DNA of 64,000 bases from the NCBI GenBank assembly GCA_009602725.1, contig WELB01000004.1, positions 1-64,000 of the forward strand, in the 5' to 3' direction. The DNA is from Spirogloea muscicola. Taxonomy: Eukaryota. Shown here one piece after another: positions 27,539 through 43,100 of the stretch. Under the pieces are notes generated by a model that had not been told where the DNA came from, ran no database searches, and saw only the letters and a list, made by a program, of their open reading frames with translations. Each line of letters opens with the position of its first letter. The first letter of the stretch is position 1. A program made the position numbers and the translations under genes.

Positions 27539-28198
27539 TACTAGGCTGGCCTTCAGAGTCACCGCCTCTCGTTGAGATTTTTCTACTTCACATCTCCTCG
27601 TAAGCTGAAGTAGCAAGGGGCCGACAGCGACCGCTGGGCCTCTCCCTGGTTCCCCTATGACTGCCTTGACGAGCCACCGGGCGCATCACACCCAACCCTT
27701 CCAGTCTGTGATCGTTCATAAGCGGAAACCTGCTGGAGGTCCAGGGCTGGAATCAGGACACCCAGGGGTCGAACCTGCCCGGTGCCTGACCGCATACCAA
27801 CCTCTATTGATTTGCCATCAGGCCAGCTGCACTACTTCATCGTCAAAGCACCCGCTCACATGAGCTGTATTGTTTTGTTCAAAGACCTCGTACAAGCAGG
27901 TGCATGAACAACATAGCCATTGCAAAGCAACTGTTTCAGCCGCCTGCTGCCTCTGCACTGAGATGATTGAGAAGCCTCTGATGAGAGGAATACACAGGGT
28001 CAATCTATGAAAATGATGACATCACCTGACCTGAATGAGCAGTATAACAAAAGAATGAATATCTAAAACACATACTTGAGCTGCCTTGGAGAAGGAAGGG
28101 GTTGTCTGACGCAGTAAGGGCAAGATGTTATAAACACTTCAAGGCGGGAATTATTCTAGAGAGGCTTTCTCTCCAAAGCCTCTCTGTCTGGTTAAGTG

Positions 28199-29463
<1,265 letters not shown>

Positions 29464-30039
29464 GGCGCGACGCGCCGGGGCCGCCGCCCCCCCGCGGGGG
29501 CGGGCCCGCGGCGCAGGCTGGCAAGGGTTGCGCGGGGGCAGCCCGGAGATCACAGGACCCGCAGCCAAAAGTAAGGCTTCCAGGCGTGGGCTCGCCAGAC
29601 CCGACATTGGGAATGATGGGTGAAAAGCACCTCTTCTGAGTGGTGGGCGCCGCTAATGTAGGCCCGAAGACGGGACAAATGAGAAGTCTGCTCACAAAGG
29701 GGCGATCGCCGTGAAGGAGATGCAGCAGCTCTTCTTTACGGGCTGAAGGAATGCATAGGAAGAAAGACTCCAGTGGAGGGCGATGGTTGTGAGTGGCCAG
29801 CCAACAAAGGAAGGGCCAACCCACAAGAGAGTAGAGTCGGTCGAGCGGGCCAGCATTGGCAAGCACATGGAAGTTATCAACGTGATGCAGTGCCGCAGTG
29901 ATGCTTGCCACCAGAGCCCCAAAATTGACTGTGCGTTACGCCGCTGCAGCAGCAACTGGGTCAGGTGCGCGGTTCGCTTGACATGAAAGTGGAAGCTTAG
30001 TCGAGCTACACCCTGCATGCGAAAGGTAAAGGAGTGACA

Positions 30040-30096
30040 AGAGAGAAGGCGCGCGGGGCGCAAGAAATGAAAGGGAGGCCAACTCAAGCCAATACA
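30040..30096 (-). repeat. Solo CRE-like 3' tail
   Basis: Reverse complement reads TATTGGCTTGAGTTGGCCTCCCTTTCATTTCTTGCGCCCCGCGCGCCTTCTCTC. Confidence 0.85.
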
Positions 30097-30750
30097 CTGG
30101 ACGGGGAACGGGGACAAGGAACGGGGACATGCTGCGATGGGCAAGCGTCCGGAGCGCCTGTGCGCTGTGAGAGGACCCGTGAGCAGGCCAGCCCAATGGG
30201 GAGGGCCACTGGCTATGGGGGCGGCGGCCAGGTGTGGCGGCGGGCCGTAACGCGGCCGAGCTGGGGGACCAGGACCAGCGGGCTGACGGAGGAGCAGCCA
30301 CCTGCCGCGAGGCGCGAGCCCGGCCGTCGCTCCGCCCAGCCACCTCCCGGCGGCAGCAAGCGGCGGCTGAAAGCGGCGCGAGACGGTGCTGCCCGACGTC
30401 GGCCGCCACCGGCTCTTCCGCTTTCAGCAGCGCCAGTCTAAGCTGGTCATCGGCCCCGGGGCCCCCCCGCGGCCGCCGCCGCCACCGCCGCCGCTGCCGC
30501 CGCCGCCGGACATCTGGGAGGACGCCGCTAGGACCTTGTNGCAGCGCCCGGTCGTGCCGCCGCGCCCGTCGCCTGCGGGTCCGGCTGGCCAGGTGACGCC
30601 GCAGCCGCAGGCGCAGGCACTTGAGCTGCAGCAGCAGCGAGCAGCCGCCACTGTGGAGGCCGCAGGAGAGCCATCGTCAGGCTCGCCGCTTGTGCAGCCT
30701 TGCCCTGACGCACATGTAACCGCCTCGCAGGCAGAGCCCACGGGCCACCC

Positions 30751-32426
30751 ATGGCGGCCAGCAGCTCCATGCGGCGTCTGCGACTTCCGCAGGTGCCGGC
30801 CAGGCGGCCGGCGGCGACCGCGCCGCGGCACAGCACCGGTGAGTGCCAACACGACGTCCTGCATGCTCACGGGACGAAGCTCAATCTCCCAATACATGGC
30901 CATTGCCGTCTTCGCTGAGACTGGCTATTGAGCACCGGCCATGCCGTCACTGGACGTGCCGCAGGAGTGCGTGTCGCGGCCGCACCAGAGGGCGAGGGCA
31001 GCTCGAGGGGCGCCAGCCCCGGGGTCGGCCTGTCGCAGGAGGAGGTCGCCACGCCCAGCGGCAGCGGCTCGACCACGGCGACCGTGAAGCCGACTAGCGC
31101 CGACCCAGAGGTGGACAGGCTTATGGACTCGGTGTCGTTCGGCCAGCTCTGCGACGAATTCGAGTGCATCAGCAGCCCTTCCGTGGAGCGCACGGCCCGG
31201 CAGCTAGCACGAGACATCCTCGACATCCGAGAGGACCGCCGGCTGCTCAGCTCCTTTGGTGTCTTTGTCAAATACAAGGTGTGCGGCTCGGAATGGCTGC
31301 CTAGCTCCGGGCTTTGCAGGGCTTTCTCGGGGCTCTGAAAAGCAGTGGAGTGCCAGTGGCGAGAAGTACGCGCTGGTTGATGTCAATGTATGCTGCTATG
31401 GGACGAGGGACAGAAGTTAGCCCGCAAGCTACTGGCCGGGCATCCTGTACACTGGTTGTCGCACAACGCTCCCATGCTCAAGCCAGTAAGTTGCTGCGGC
31501 TCCTGTGGCATGCCAGGACCCTCTGCGCTCGTTCACAGGCCGAGAGAAGTACAAGCGCCCGTCCTGGATCAAAAACGCCCTGGACGATCCGCAAGTGGTA
31601 AGTTCCTGTGAAGTGAATGCAGGCAGAGTGGTTCACATTCAAGAGCTACAGGCTCAGCATTTGTATGTTGGCAAGACCAAGCGCGACGCTCGTCTCTGTC
31701 TCCTTTCATGCTTTCTGGATCCATTCTCGAATTCTGAGAGTTGCTGTGTGCTGGCGGTTGTTTCATAGGTGGTGCTGCAGATGGTGATGCGGACCACCAG
31801 CGAGCTAACAATACGGTGGCGCGTCCAGGGGAAGCCAAGGCTCCCGCCGGCGTCCATTGTGGCCGGTCCGCTCTTGTTGACAATCACCTCCACGTTTGTG
31901 CTAAATCAGATCAGCGGGCAGGTTGTCGAGCACCGCGATGAGTGGGACCTCAGCGGGTCCAGCGTCCCTGGCGCTGCGTACTTCTGGTCCTCGCGTCTCG
32001 CCTGGACAGTCGCAGAGCAGGGCCGAGATGCGTCCGAGGCCATGAAGGGTGCAGCGAGGCTCCTGGATCAGGGCCGCGATGAGGGTTCCAATATTTACCC
32101 TGACCCTTCCGGCGACCCGCGTAAGGTGCAGCCATGACCGTCCTTTGAGGTGGTTTTTGTTTCGAGGTTGACGCTCTGTCCTGGCGCGCATACAGAACTT
32201 GTCAGTAGAGCTCTTAGTCCCCCTGTCCTTTTCTCCTGTGCCTGAACATTACTAGCAATGCAAAGCTGCATCCTTGACAATTGCTGGCCAGGTCTGTGAG
32301 AGTGCTAACCACGGGTTTCTCGTGCAGTTCTTCCAGCAGGATAACCCCAACAGCGAGCTGTACCAGATTGGCCTGGCCATTGCTCTGCTTTACCTCCTAG
32401 TGCAGTTCCTCCGCTTCACGCTCTAA
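30751..32426 (+). CDS. Putative plastid NTF2-like DUF2358 protein with a C-terminal TM helix
   Basis: Transit-peptide-like first exon, LCDEFECISSPSVERTARQL, YKDPLRSFTGREKYKRP and a hydrophobic end LLYLLVQFLRFTL*. Confidence 0.8.
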
Positions 32427-32934
32427 AGGTGCTGCATCTCAAAGATCGCTGCTCCTCCTTTTAGCTTCACCTCTGCGTCGCTGTGCACATCAGCAGTATG
32501 CAGGAGGACTAGATGCGTCGTCACAGCAGCCAAGGCTACTGCGAGTAGGCGGCTTGAATGGTTTTGCTTGCGTCTGCCTCCTCACCAGACATTACAATCT
32601 GTCGACCACTTCACGGGGCTCATTGGCCAACTTTGACAAGTGTTTGTACAAGCTGCAATATCCAAGCTGTCCCCTTTGACGGCCCTTGAAGGAGTCTGCA
32701 AAGTGATTACAAACTACACTAGAATTATGCTACTGGAATGGCCAATGTAACAATGTCCACAGTCAGGGTGGGTTTAAGCCACCAAAGAATCAGGGCAATG
32801 AGTCGTGTACCAAGCGACCGAGAGGAGGTACACGGGTGAAAGAGCGTTGCGGTGTGCATTTAATGCGTGCTTACCATGCAACAAGGCTCACAGACAAGAC
32901 TTACAGGTTATGCATACATGACCTTTTGCAGGTC

Positions 32935-35900
32935 TTAACCAGTAACAGGATCCTCGTCCATGGCAGCAGGCCGCCACAGCGTTCCATCGCCTCCATCCAT
33001 AAGCAGCACCCCCAGGGCTGCCAGCTCCATTCGTATTGCATCTGCCTGTCCGTAATCCTTATTGGCGCGTGCAGCAGCCCGCTTGGCCATGTGAGAAGCC
33101 AGGACCTCCCTTGTGAGGCCTCGCCGTTTCAAAGCTAGCTCCTTCAGCTCCTCAACAACCTGCAGGATCAGTACGCTTGAGTGCTAGTGAGTGATGATGC
33201 TCCAGCTACTTTAAGGGACGGAAAAGCATGTCAGGCAAATCATCAGCTCTGCAGAGGTGCATGCAGGAGCAGAATGACCATATGGCACTCTTATATTCGG
33301 AAGATACAAAAGGTACTTGCAGGGAGCAGCTGAGGAGTTCAGAGTGCAAACAGCGCACATCCACATAATCTGCCACTGAGAGACCAAGAATCTCCACTGC
33401 TGTCTCAACCGACTGCTGCAATAACATCAGGGATGCTTGTCTTGCTTTGTCTTTCCTCCCCTACAAGGGCCAATCTCAACAGATAAGTGAATGATAGATA
33501 CGTCTCATGTCAATTAGGTGGTGCTTGTTCATAACATGAGGGTGCTACTCTGAACTGTCATTCGTGTCCACCATCATTTACAGCTCAAAAAGGTGGACAA
33601 ATACTGCCTGCCCAGGTGTTTAACGTGGTTTGGTAGCTACATCAGTACAGTGTACCCTCTCACCTGCTTGGTATGCATGAGGTCATTCATGAGCTTCAAA
33701 GGCTCAACTATTGCAGCTATTGCTAAAGGTGTGTGCAAATCATCTGCCATTGCAGCAGCAAAAGTGTCCGTCAACTTGAGGGCCTCATCTTCTGCCAGCT
33801 TTGACGCCGCCAAGCTGCCATCTTGTGCAACTTCTGAGATGGCGTTGCAATCTGCTAGGGTCTGCAAAGTGGACAGGGCTCCTACATCAGTCTTGAGAAA
33901 GTTGTATGGGATGGGACTTTCTCCAGAACTTCTTATTGTTACCCATCTACAGAAGAGTAGAAGTCCTTATAATTGGTAAGGCGTGTCAGCTACAGGAATC
34001 TGGGCTTATATGACTACTCAACTAGGGAGTGGAGGATCGTAGCTTCAAACAGGCGAATTAACTATGACATACAATGACTCGTTACCATTTGCAGGTTCAA
34101 GCTACAGACCTGGTAGAGGTAGAAGCACCTGTCAGAAGCAGCCTCCAGTGACTGTTGAGAGTAATTCATGGGCGACCTGTACTGCGTACCAAGAAGGAAC
34201 AATCGCAAAGCAAGAGGATGATACTCTTCAAGCACCTGCGAGGGACAACAATGGACCGCATGCAACATCAGTCAAATGCAGGAATGGCATGAGCGAGAAG
34301 CTGAAAGATGAAGCCTTCTGGCACACGCACACACTTAGCGATGTGTACCTTGCGGATGGTAAAGAAGTTGCCTAAGGACTTGGACATCTTCACAGCGTCC
34401 ACGGTGACGAAGCCATTGTGGAGCCAGTAGCCAACATGGGAGTCGCAGCACACAGCCTTGTTCTGAGCAAGCTCATTCTCATGGTGGGGAAAGATGAGAT
34501 CGCTGCCGCCACCATGGATGTCCATCTGAGGTCCCAGATACTCAGCGCTCATGGCGCTGCATTCAATGTGCCAGCCTGGCCTTCCTGGCCCCCACGGGCT
34601 CTGCCATGAAAGCTCGCCCTGCTTGGCGCTCTGCAACGCAAGCAGCTCGACCTCTGAATGAATTGGACTTCATCTCAAATCTCAAGCATACTCGTCGTGT
34701 GCTCCAACCACTCAATCAAGGTACGTACCGAAGCAATGTGTCTAGCACTTCACATTCTTACTGTTGATTGTGCTTTAGCAGGCTCTTGGCTTGACCAGGA
34801 AATCTGTCTGAGCTAGATTCGGCCAAGCTCTGTGGAGCTTTGTAAACTCAATCAAGAAACTATGACACCCACTTCTCCATATTTGTATCACCCACGTAAG
34901 ACATCCTCACCTTCCATAGGGCAAAATCTGCTGGATTTCGCTTGCGCTCATCAACAGCAACTCGTGTGCCGGCCCTGTTCTCTTCAGGGCGCCTACCAGA
35001 TAGGGCTCCGTAACCAGGCAGGCTATCCACACTGTAGAAGACATCTCCTCCCACAGCGTATCCATGCCCCTTGTCCACAATCTGCAAGGCGTGCAGGCCT
35101 GGATGAGCTTGCCCCATGGACAAAATGCCTGCAGTCAATGGACTCTCTTCCAAGGAGAGACCTGCAAACGTACTTGATTTCTCCAGCAATTGAACGCTTG
35201 ATTACCTGCTTGATCATACTAATAATTGGGCTGATATGAGTGGTGACACGTGGCTCCACGGTAGGCGATAAGCAGCCCAGGGCCTCCATGTCTGCCTTGA
35301 ACTCGTGGAAGAAGCGGTCGCTCAGCTCTGAAGGGCTTTCTCCAAGCTCAGAGGCTCTCTTCAGTATCTGCATGCAAGAAGACCGGCTGATACACTTTGG
35401 CCTCATCCCAGTCTCTTGCAGCTAGGCTGATGTCAACCAACAATCTGAGGCTTTAAGTAGTTACTCTTGCACTTAGGATTGGCAAACCCATATTGCATCT
35501 GCCACGTGAATCCCCAGCCAATGCTTGCATCGAGAGTGCTGCCTTTTGGAAGTTGATCTAAACCCCTTGGACGCCTGAGTGCACTCGTAAGTAAAGTGTG
35601 AGGTTCCATATCAGCTCAGTCATGTACCTTGGGCTACGCCAGCATGTATAAGGGCGTTCACCTTGTCGTCAACGTCAGTGACATTCCGGACATAATTGAC
35701 GCTGTAATTCAGGTGACGGAGGTACCTGCGCACGGAAGCGGGTGTCATAACCCGTCGCAAGCTCACGCAGAACCGAGGCAACCTCGATATATAGACAGAT
35801 AGATAGAAGAGGCCAGAGTCGCGCAGGGAGCAGCAGGTCAGCGTCGTATGGGGGACAAGCAGCAGAGAGCGCACCGATAGAGCACGTCAAAGGTGACGTA

Positions 35901-36212
35901 GACTCTGGCGTGGCCAATGTGGCTGTAGTCGTACACGGTGACGCCGCAGACGTACATTGAGACCTGGCCCGCCACCCAGGGAGCGAACGCCTCCTTCTGC
36001 CTCGTCATCGTGTTGAACAGCCGCAGCGGCGGGGGTTGGCCGGCAGCCGCCGCCGAAGCCTCCGCAGCGCCATCCTGCTCCGCCTGCGCCTGCCGCTGGC
36101 CTCGCTGCAGCTCGCGCGAGCTCAGCGGAGCCGGCGCGGCTGAGCTGGATCGGGCACCGCAGCCGCCGGATGGCGCCACGCCGAGGCGCCACCACGCCGG
36201 CGCCGCTGCCGC
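32935..36212 (-). CDS. Cysteinyl-tRNA synthetase, probably organellar; start in N gap
   Basis: [36 protein letters not shown] and KMSKS motifs; the N-terminal extension looks like a transit peptide. Confidence 0.96.
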
Positions 36213-36762
36213 NNNNNNNNNNNNNNNNNNNNNNNNNNNNNNNNNNNNNNNNNNNNNNNNNNNNNNNNNNNNNNNNNNNNNNNNNNNNNNNNNNNNNNNN
36301 NNNNNNNNNNNNNNNNNNNNNNNNNNNNNNNNNNNNNNNNNNNNNNNNNNNNNNNNNNNNNNNNNNNNNNNNNNNNNNNNNNNNNNNNNNNNNNNNNNNN
36401 NNNNNNNNNNNNNNNNNNNNNNNNNNNNNNNNNNNNNNNNNNNNNNNNNNNNNNNNNNNNNNNNNNNNNNNNNNNNNNNNNNNNNNNNNNNNNNNNNNNN
36501 NNNNNNNNNNNNNNNNNNNNNNNNNNNNNNNNNNNNNNNNNNNNNNNNNNNNNNNNNNNNNNNNNNNNNNNNNNNNNNNNNNNNNNNNNNNNNNNNNNNN
36601 NNNNNNNNNNNNNNNNNNNNNNNNNNNNNNNNNNNNNNNNNNNNNNNNNNNNNNNNNNNNNNNNNNNNNNNNNNNNNNNNNNNNNNNNNNNNNNNNNNNN
36701 NNNNNNNNNNNNNNNNNNNNNNNNNNNNNNNNNNNNNNNNNNNNNNNNNNNNNNNNNNNNNN

Positions 36763-39277
36763 CCGCCACGCCGCGACGGCGCCCGCGGCCGCGGAAACGG
36801 CCCCACCGGCGCCCGACGCGCTCTCGCGCGGCCCCACGGCCGCGCTGAAGTCCCCGTGGAGCGACGCCCTCGCCATCGGCAAGTCCCTCGTCGCCGGCGG
36901 CGTCGCAGGCGGCGTGTGAGCTCTCCCGGCCCTCCTCGTCTGCCCTCGCTCTCCTTGTCTTCGCAGCACTTGGGGCCCGCTGGTCGAGCCGCACTGTGGG
37001 CTGCTGCGCAAGAGCCCGTCAGCGCTTCTCGGCGCCCGCTCGTGCCCGTCGCCAAGCTCGCACGTTGCTACGTCTTTCCGTGATGGGAAATTCGTCGTCA
37101 GGTCCCGCTCTGCCGTCGCGCCGCTGGAGCGCCTCAAGATTCTCCTCCAGGTACTCCTTTGCACTCAATGGCCGCCACTTGACGCATCCCGCACATACTT
37201 CTCATTCGTGGCATCGTGGCATCACAAACAGAGTGCCAACAGATTGTGCTACTGAGCATAAGCTGGCCTCGCATGCAGCAGCGTGGGTTCAGTCAGGAAC
37301 TGACCTGCGAGTCTACCTTGTCAGCTGCAAGCAAGTGCGCAATAAGAATTCGCGGAGCTGCATTTGCGCAGGTGCAAAATGCGCACAACCGGAAGTACAC
37401 GGGCACGTGGCAGGGCTTGCGCTATATATGGAGGACTGAGGGCCTGCCCGGCTTCTTCAAGGGCAACGGCACTAACTGTGCCCGCATCGTGCCCAACTCG
37501 GCTGTTAAGTTCCTCGCATACGAGCAAGCATCCAGGTATGCGTGTCCTACATTTACACCATGTCCAAGCAATGCTGCCTTGAGAGTACGTGATTTTTCAA
37601 GCAGTTGTGAGCTAAAGAGATTGTCGTTGCCTGCTGTCGACAGTCGACGAGGTTGCTTCCTGGAGAGGCTGGTTTGTGTGACCACGATGCGATACTACGT
37701 TCAATCCAATCAATTGACGGCTGTTGTCCCGTGAATGCAGTGGTATACTGTACTTCCTAAGACAGCAAGACGGTGGAAAGGGTATGATGCAGCTCTCTGA
37801 AATTTCTGTAGAGCAAGTTTGAGCTTCCCGCAGTCAGGCTCCTGCAAGGGAATGCATGCTCATTATAGTCACATCATCCGGGGCCCATTTAATTTGCTTC
37901 CACCTGTCACATTGGCCTGAATACTAGCAATCTCTTGCTCGCGTGCTATCTGGGGCAGCTAGATGTGCAAGGCCAGTGGCATAGTCATTGAGTCAGGAAT
38001 TCATTTGCTTTGCGACTTCCTAGGCAGCGAACTGATGCAGAAGGTCACCAGAGGTCTTCAATCGAGCCTTGACATTGCACCTGACCTTGGCTGGCCAGAT
38101 GCGGAGCTCACGCCTCTGCTGCGGCTGGGGGCTGGTGCTGCTGCTGGTATTGTAGCAATGTCTGCAACGTACCCTCTAGACATGGTCCGGGGCAGGCTTA
38201 CTGTACAGGTACAGCCTGCTCGCATGGACATTTAGAGCTGTTCTTCTGGATCTCACAAGAGTGAACAGTGGCAGTAGCCCCAGATGGCTTGCGTGGCATT
38301 CAGGCATACATTGGTGTTGTACGTTCTCTGGAATGTCCTGCATCATGGTCAAGACTTTGACAGACCTGCAACGTGCTTGGGTTTTTGCATACAGGAGGCT
38401 GGTGCTCATCAGTACAAAGGAATGACGCACGCTATGAGCACCATCGTGCGGGATGAGGGCTTCTTCGCCCTGTACAAGGGCTGGTTGCCGTCTGTGATAG
38501 GAGTGGTATCGATCTCTTCACCTTCACCCTATACTTGGTCTTTGTTGCCTCAGCTTATGCCAAGGTTCTGCCAAACATTCATCACAACAGCCTGTGAGGT
38601 TGTCATGGCCTGTGATGAGGCAGCCGACTGCTGCTGTTTCCATTGCGTGTCTGACTTGGCCCTGCATTTCGATGATGCTGGCGCGCAGATACCGTACGTT
38701 GGTCTCAACTTCTGTGTGTACGAAACTCTGAAGGACTGGGTGCTGAAGGCGCAGCTGATAGAGAGTGGTCCACAGGAGCTTAGCGTCGTCACCAAGCTCG
38801 CATGCGGGGCAGCCGCTGGGACAGTCGGGCAGACTGTGGCCTACCCACTCGACGTCGTGCGCCGGAGGATGCAGATGGTGGGCTGGAAGCAGGCAACCGT
38901 TGGCCCCGACGGCAGGGTCATCCCCCCCCTTCACTACACTGGCATGGTGGACGCCTTCGTCAAGACCATCCGGTATGAGGGATTTGCAGCACTGTACAAA
39001 GGACTTGTGCCCAACTTTGTCAAGGTGCGCAACTCTATGCCAGCATGCGAGAACGTCAGCTTGCCCCTGCTTGGACCGCTTGTAATATCATCAAATCTCG
39101 CGAGGCTGCCAGCAACAAGCTTGTTATCTTACTCCCCAGAGTTGTCGTTTGCATTTGCCAGTTTGTTAAATCCATCACAATTGGGCTTTGCAGGTTGTGC
39201 CTTCCATTGCCATCGCCTTCGTAACGTATGAGGTCATGCGGGACCTGCTCGGGGTCGAGTTTCGGATATCTGAATGA
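36763..39277 (+). CDS. Mitochondrial carrier family protein, ADNT1-like; start in N gap
   Basis: Three PX[DE]XX[KR] signatures (PLERLK, PLDMVR, PLDVVR) and FKGNGTNCARIVPNSAVKF. Ends VEFRISE*. Confidence 0.92.
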
Positions 39278-40127
39278 CCAGCTGAAGATATGATGAGAGT
39301 CTAAGCCTGGTGGCGCCACTGAGGCAGATGTGCCACGTGGCAGCAGCCATGTAATGCAATTTGAGTATTAGCTTGCTCCGTGTCAGATGCGAACCACTAG
39401 AGAAGCTGACGCTTGCAACACTCGGCCTGTTTGACCTCGCTTTTGTAGGACATAAAGTAGATGTAACATTGCCTAGTATTTCCAAGTGGCATGTGCTGCT
39501 TCTGTTTGAGCCAGATCGGTTATCCTCCCAATTGAGATGGCCGGCCTAAAGCCTGAAGATTAGGAGCAGATCCTTGCGGCTGACAGGCAACTGATGCTGC
39601 CCTGGAGCACAAGCTTTGGCTGCTCCAACCAATCTTGGTGAAGGATCATGCACAATGAGCATATGTCTAGTGTCTCAGAGCTGAAGCTGGTCTCGCTGTC
39701 AGGAAAGTCTCCAAGCTAAGAGCACACTTTCTGGCCTGATCAGCAGTGATAACACCAGCAACATGGCATGATCAGCAGTAGTAATACCAGCAACAGCAAT
39801 CACCGAGAAGCTCACAAGGGCTTGTCCAGTCTGCTGCTCTGCCTGACAAGCCTGAGTTTGTCTCGTGTCAGCATTTACAATCGTTCTTGACACTGGCCCT
39901 GAAATCTGCCAGATACCTGACGTGACAAAAGAGAGAACCAAGAGCGGACTGACTCACTAAAGCACAGGCATTATGACTTGTCTATGTGCTAACTCTTCAA
40001 AGAGTGAACACTTTGAAAGAGTGAACAGCCTAGATGCCAACATCTGCTCTTGCTTGTTGAATGTGCGCTTACTTGCTCCACCCAACTTTGCTGTATCTTC
40101 AGCTATGTGCAGCATCAGCAGCAAGGC

Positions 40128-43100
40128 TTAGTCTCCAGCTCTCCAGCCTTGCAAGCGGCGATCAAACTCTTCATCGCTGCAGCTGTATACACGTGTTAAG
40201 GACCTCCTAATGCCAAGGGTGCCAATTTGCACCTGCCGAGGCTTGATTCTACAAGAGAGACTATAGCTGAAAATCTGTGGAAATTTCACTATCTCTTCTA
40301 GACTCCGTTCCATTATTTCAGTGATGTATTCGTACTTGGGCTCCAGTACTGTGGACACCTTGTAACCAAGCAGGCCTGGGAGCCTGATCAGCATGGTGGC
40401 CAGGTCGTCTCTGTGCAAAAGCACACAGACTGTCATAAGCTTTGCATATTAGGTGCTGAAGGCAAGCAAGCCTGCAAACCAAAGCTAGACTACGTATATA
40501 TCTGCAGTGCATGACAAGTCTCAATGGTTGGATAGAAGTCAACATGACAATTCCACCATGCAAATGTACCGAGCCATCACATTCACGTTTTAAAGACATA
40601 CCTACTGAAACCCTTAGAGTAGAAGAAGTCGCGAGTAGGGATGAGATTGTTGTCTATGCTAAGAGTCAGCAGCACTGGACCCTTGTTCACCAATCTGCAC
40701 TTGCCAAGCAACAAAACGATTGTCATTTGACCTTCTAAAATGAAAGTACAATGACTCTCAGCAATTTCATCTTACTAACATCCGTACCTATGTCACAAAC
40801 TTATGAACTGCGATGCTTTCACAAGATTATAGCTGAAAGTTTCAACAGTCAGACTTGAGTCTGACAACAAAGTGATATTTCTATGAACAGTGAAGTTGAG
40901 GCATGACAGAAGAAATGCTCTTAAGGTGACACGTTACAAGGAAATCAGTCAGCACAGCTGGCATCTGCAACCCTTATGGAGGAGCTGCAAAGTTGAGGCA
41001 ACCGGAGATTGTCTTCCTCACAGCAGCAAACACCTGCCAATCAGCAAGTGTCTTGCACCTGCCCATCAGCAAGTGTTTTGCACAAAATTGCAACAGACTA
41101 CAGGTTCAACTCACTTTCTCATTTCGAGCTCGTTAAGACCAAGCTCCTCCAGAAAGGCCAGGTTGGCTCTCAATTTGCGCTCAGTAAATCCCAGAAGCTG
41201 TGGCCTCTTCTGGAGGACCTGAGGTCACGGTGCATCACATGAACAATCTTATTGCAGCACATGTGACACACAGTAACATGAACCATCTTGCTGATACAGA
41301 CCAAGTCAAATGTACGAACCAAGCTGTCGCAGTAGCACTAACACAAGCAAAGTGCATACATCAGGAAAGTACTTGACAATACACCTCTCCTGCCAGATGT
41401 GATCATTGTGCTGGCTGTGATCTTTGTGATTTGTGGCCTTGCGTGTGCTCATGCAAGCACAACTTACTATTTGCATAGATAACCTTTACCTTGACTAGAT
41501 CAGAGCCTTCCAGTCCAAGGGAGTTGAGAAACTTCACTGCTGGCCTAAGGTTCTCCTCAACGCTCAAAGCCAGCAGCTGTGGAGCTCTGCTGACTACCTG
41601 AAGGCATGCACTGAATTGACATGCACAAGAACATCATTATGCAAGCTCTAGATTCCTTACAAGCACAGCTTCCCAAGCGCATCAGAGCTCCAATCTAAGA
41701 AGACCTTTCTGCTCTGTAAAGTAGACAATGCTTTGACTATCAAGTCCTCGGTACATAAATGATGCAGCTTTGAGGTTGTAGGGAAGCAACGGAATCCCTG
41801 TCACAGGACTGAAACCTAGCTATGCTGCTCATCCCCTGGGAGTCAAAGCTAGGGAAAGCACGTAGTGTAGGGAACTGAATAGCATTTTTCAGTCTTTTAC
41901 CTTTGCCAATCCTTCTCCATGGAGCCCAAGCTGCATGAGGAAGTCTGCTTTTTGCTCAAAGTTGCCACGATTCCTCATTAGAGAGGGGTGCCTGCGGAAC
42001 ATATAGCCTATACGCTCTGCTGGAACTCCCAGACTCTGCAAGTATTTGAAAGTAGGCCTGAAGTCCTGCAATAGACGACCATTCACCATCATGACTTTAA
42101 AAGCAGAGCAATAAGATGTGATAAATGAAACGAGGTGCAAGTGACACTTGCAAGTGCCCCTTGGTCAATCATGTCATCTGCAAAAGGCACAAATTGCTCC
42201 AGACCTTCTCAATGTCGTAATTGAAGATCCATGGAAATTGGGTCACCACCTTGGCCACAGTGTCCTTGCTTGCAAATGCAACCTCTAAGTACTCTCCAAC
42301 AGGCCTCAGCTGTTCTGCATCCTTTGCGAGGAGAGACGGTCTCCGAAGTAAAGCTCTTCCGACTTGTTGACGATTGAGACCAATGTGTACAAGGTACTCT
42401 ATTAGTGGTTCGAGTTTCCTGTGACCTGCCTGACTGAGGAGGCTGGGTAAGCTGGTCACGAGATCTTTGACTTCCGCATGACACACCCCTATGCCCTCCA
42501 ACTTCTTGACAGCAATGACCATCTCCTCTCTAGCACTCCAGTCCAAGGACTGAATGGTGCAATTTATCATCTTGGAAATCTTTTTGGAAGTCAAGCCCAG
42601 GCTCTGCAGGAACTGAGGAACAACCACAACTGCAGCAGTCGAAAGCAGAAGGAGCCTTGGTTCATCAGCCAAGCGAGCTGCCACGTCCTGCTTGCTTAGA
42701 CCATAGCTGCATAATATCTCCACTTTTGCACGGACATCATCCACATGTCTGGAAAATTGCAGCAGTTTCGGTATATCAACTGCTAGAGAGCCTGCGAAGC
42801 AAGTATGAGGCAAGCCTAAGTTCATGCATACCAGGGCCGCACAGCATGCCAAAATCCGCTAGATTGTAATGAGGTGAAAAGTGGTCAAAGCGTGATTCAT
42901 GCAGATCTGGCAGCAATAAGGTGTGCATTTGAAAAGACTCGTAAGATACCTATTGCTTCATAGTAGGTAATAAGCTCGTCATAACCATGACTTCGCACAA
43001 TAGCTGCAAGCTTTTCTCTTTTTGGAATGTCCTGTCCAGCTTGTTGTGGCCTTTGCTGGTGAATGCCTCCTGCTTGATTTCGTGCTTCTTCTGGTAAACA

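Noticed and set aside
27745..27830. Minus-strand B-box-like GGTTCGACCCC with a weak A-box
   Set aside because: No acceptor stem or anticodon arm could be formed, and no second copy was seen.
30100..30750. Long GC-rich ORFs upstream of the DUF2358-like gene
   Set aside because: Low-complexity Pro/Arg/Ala frames crossing a single-N join, with no recognisable domain.
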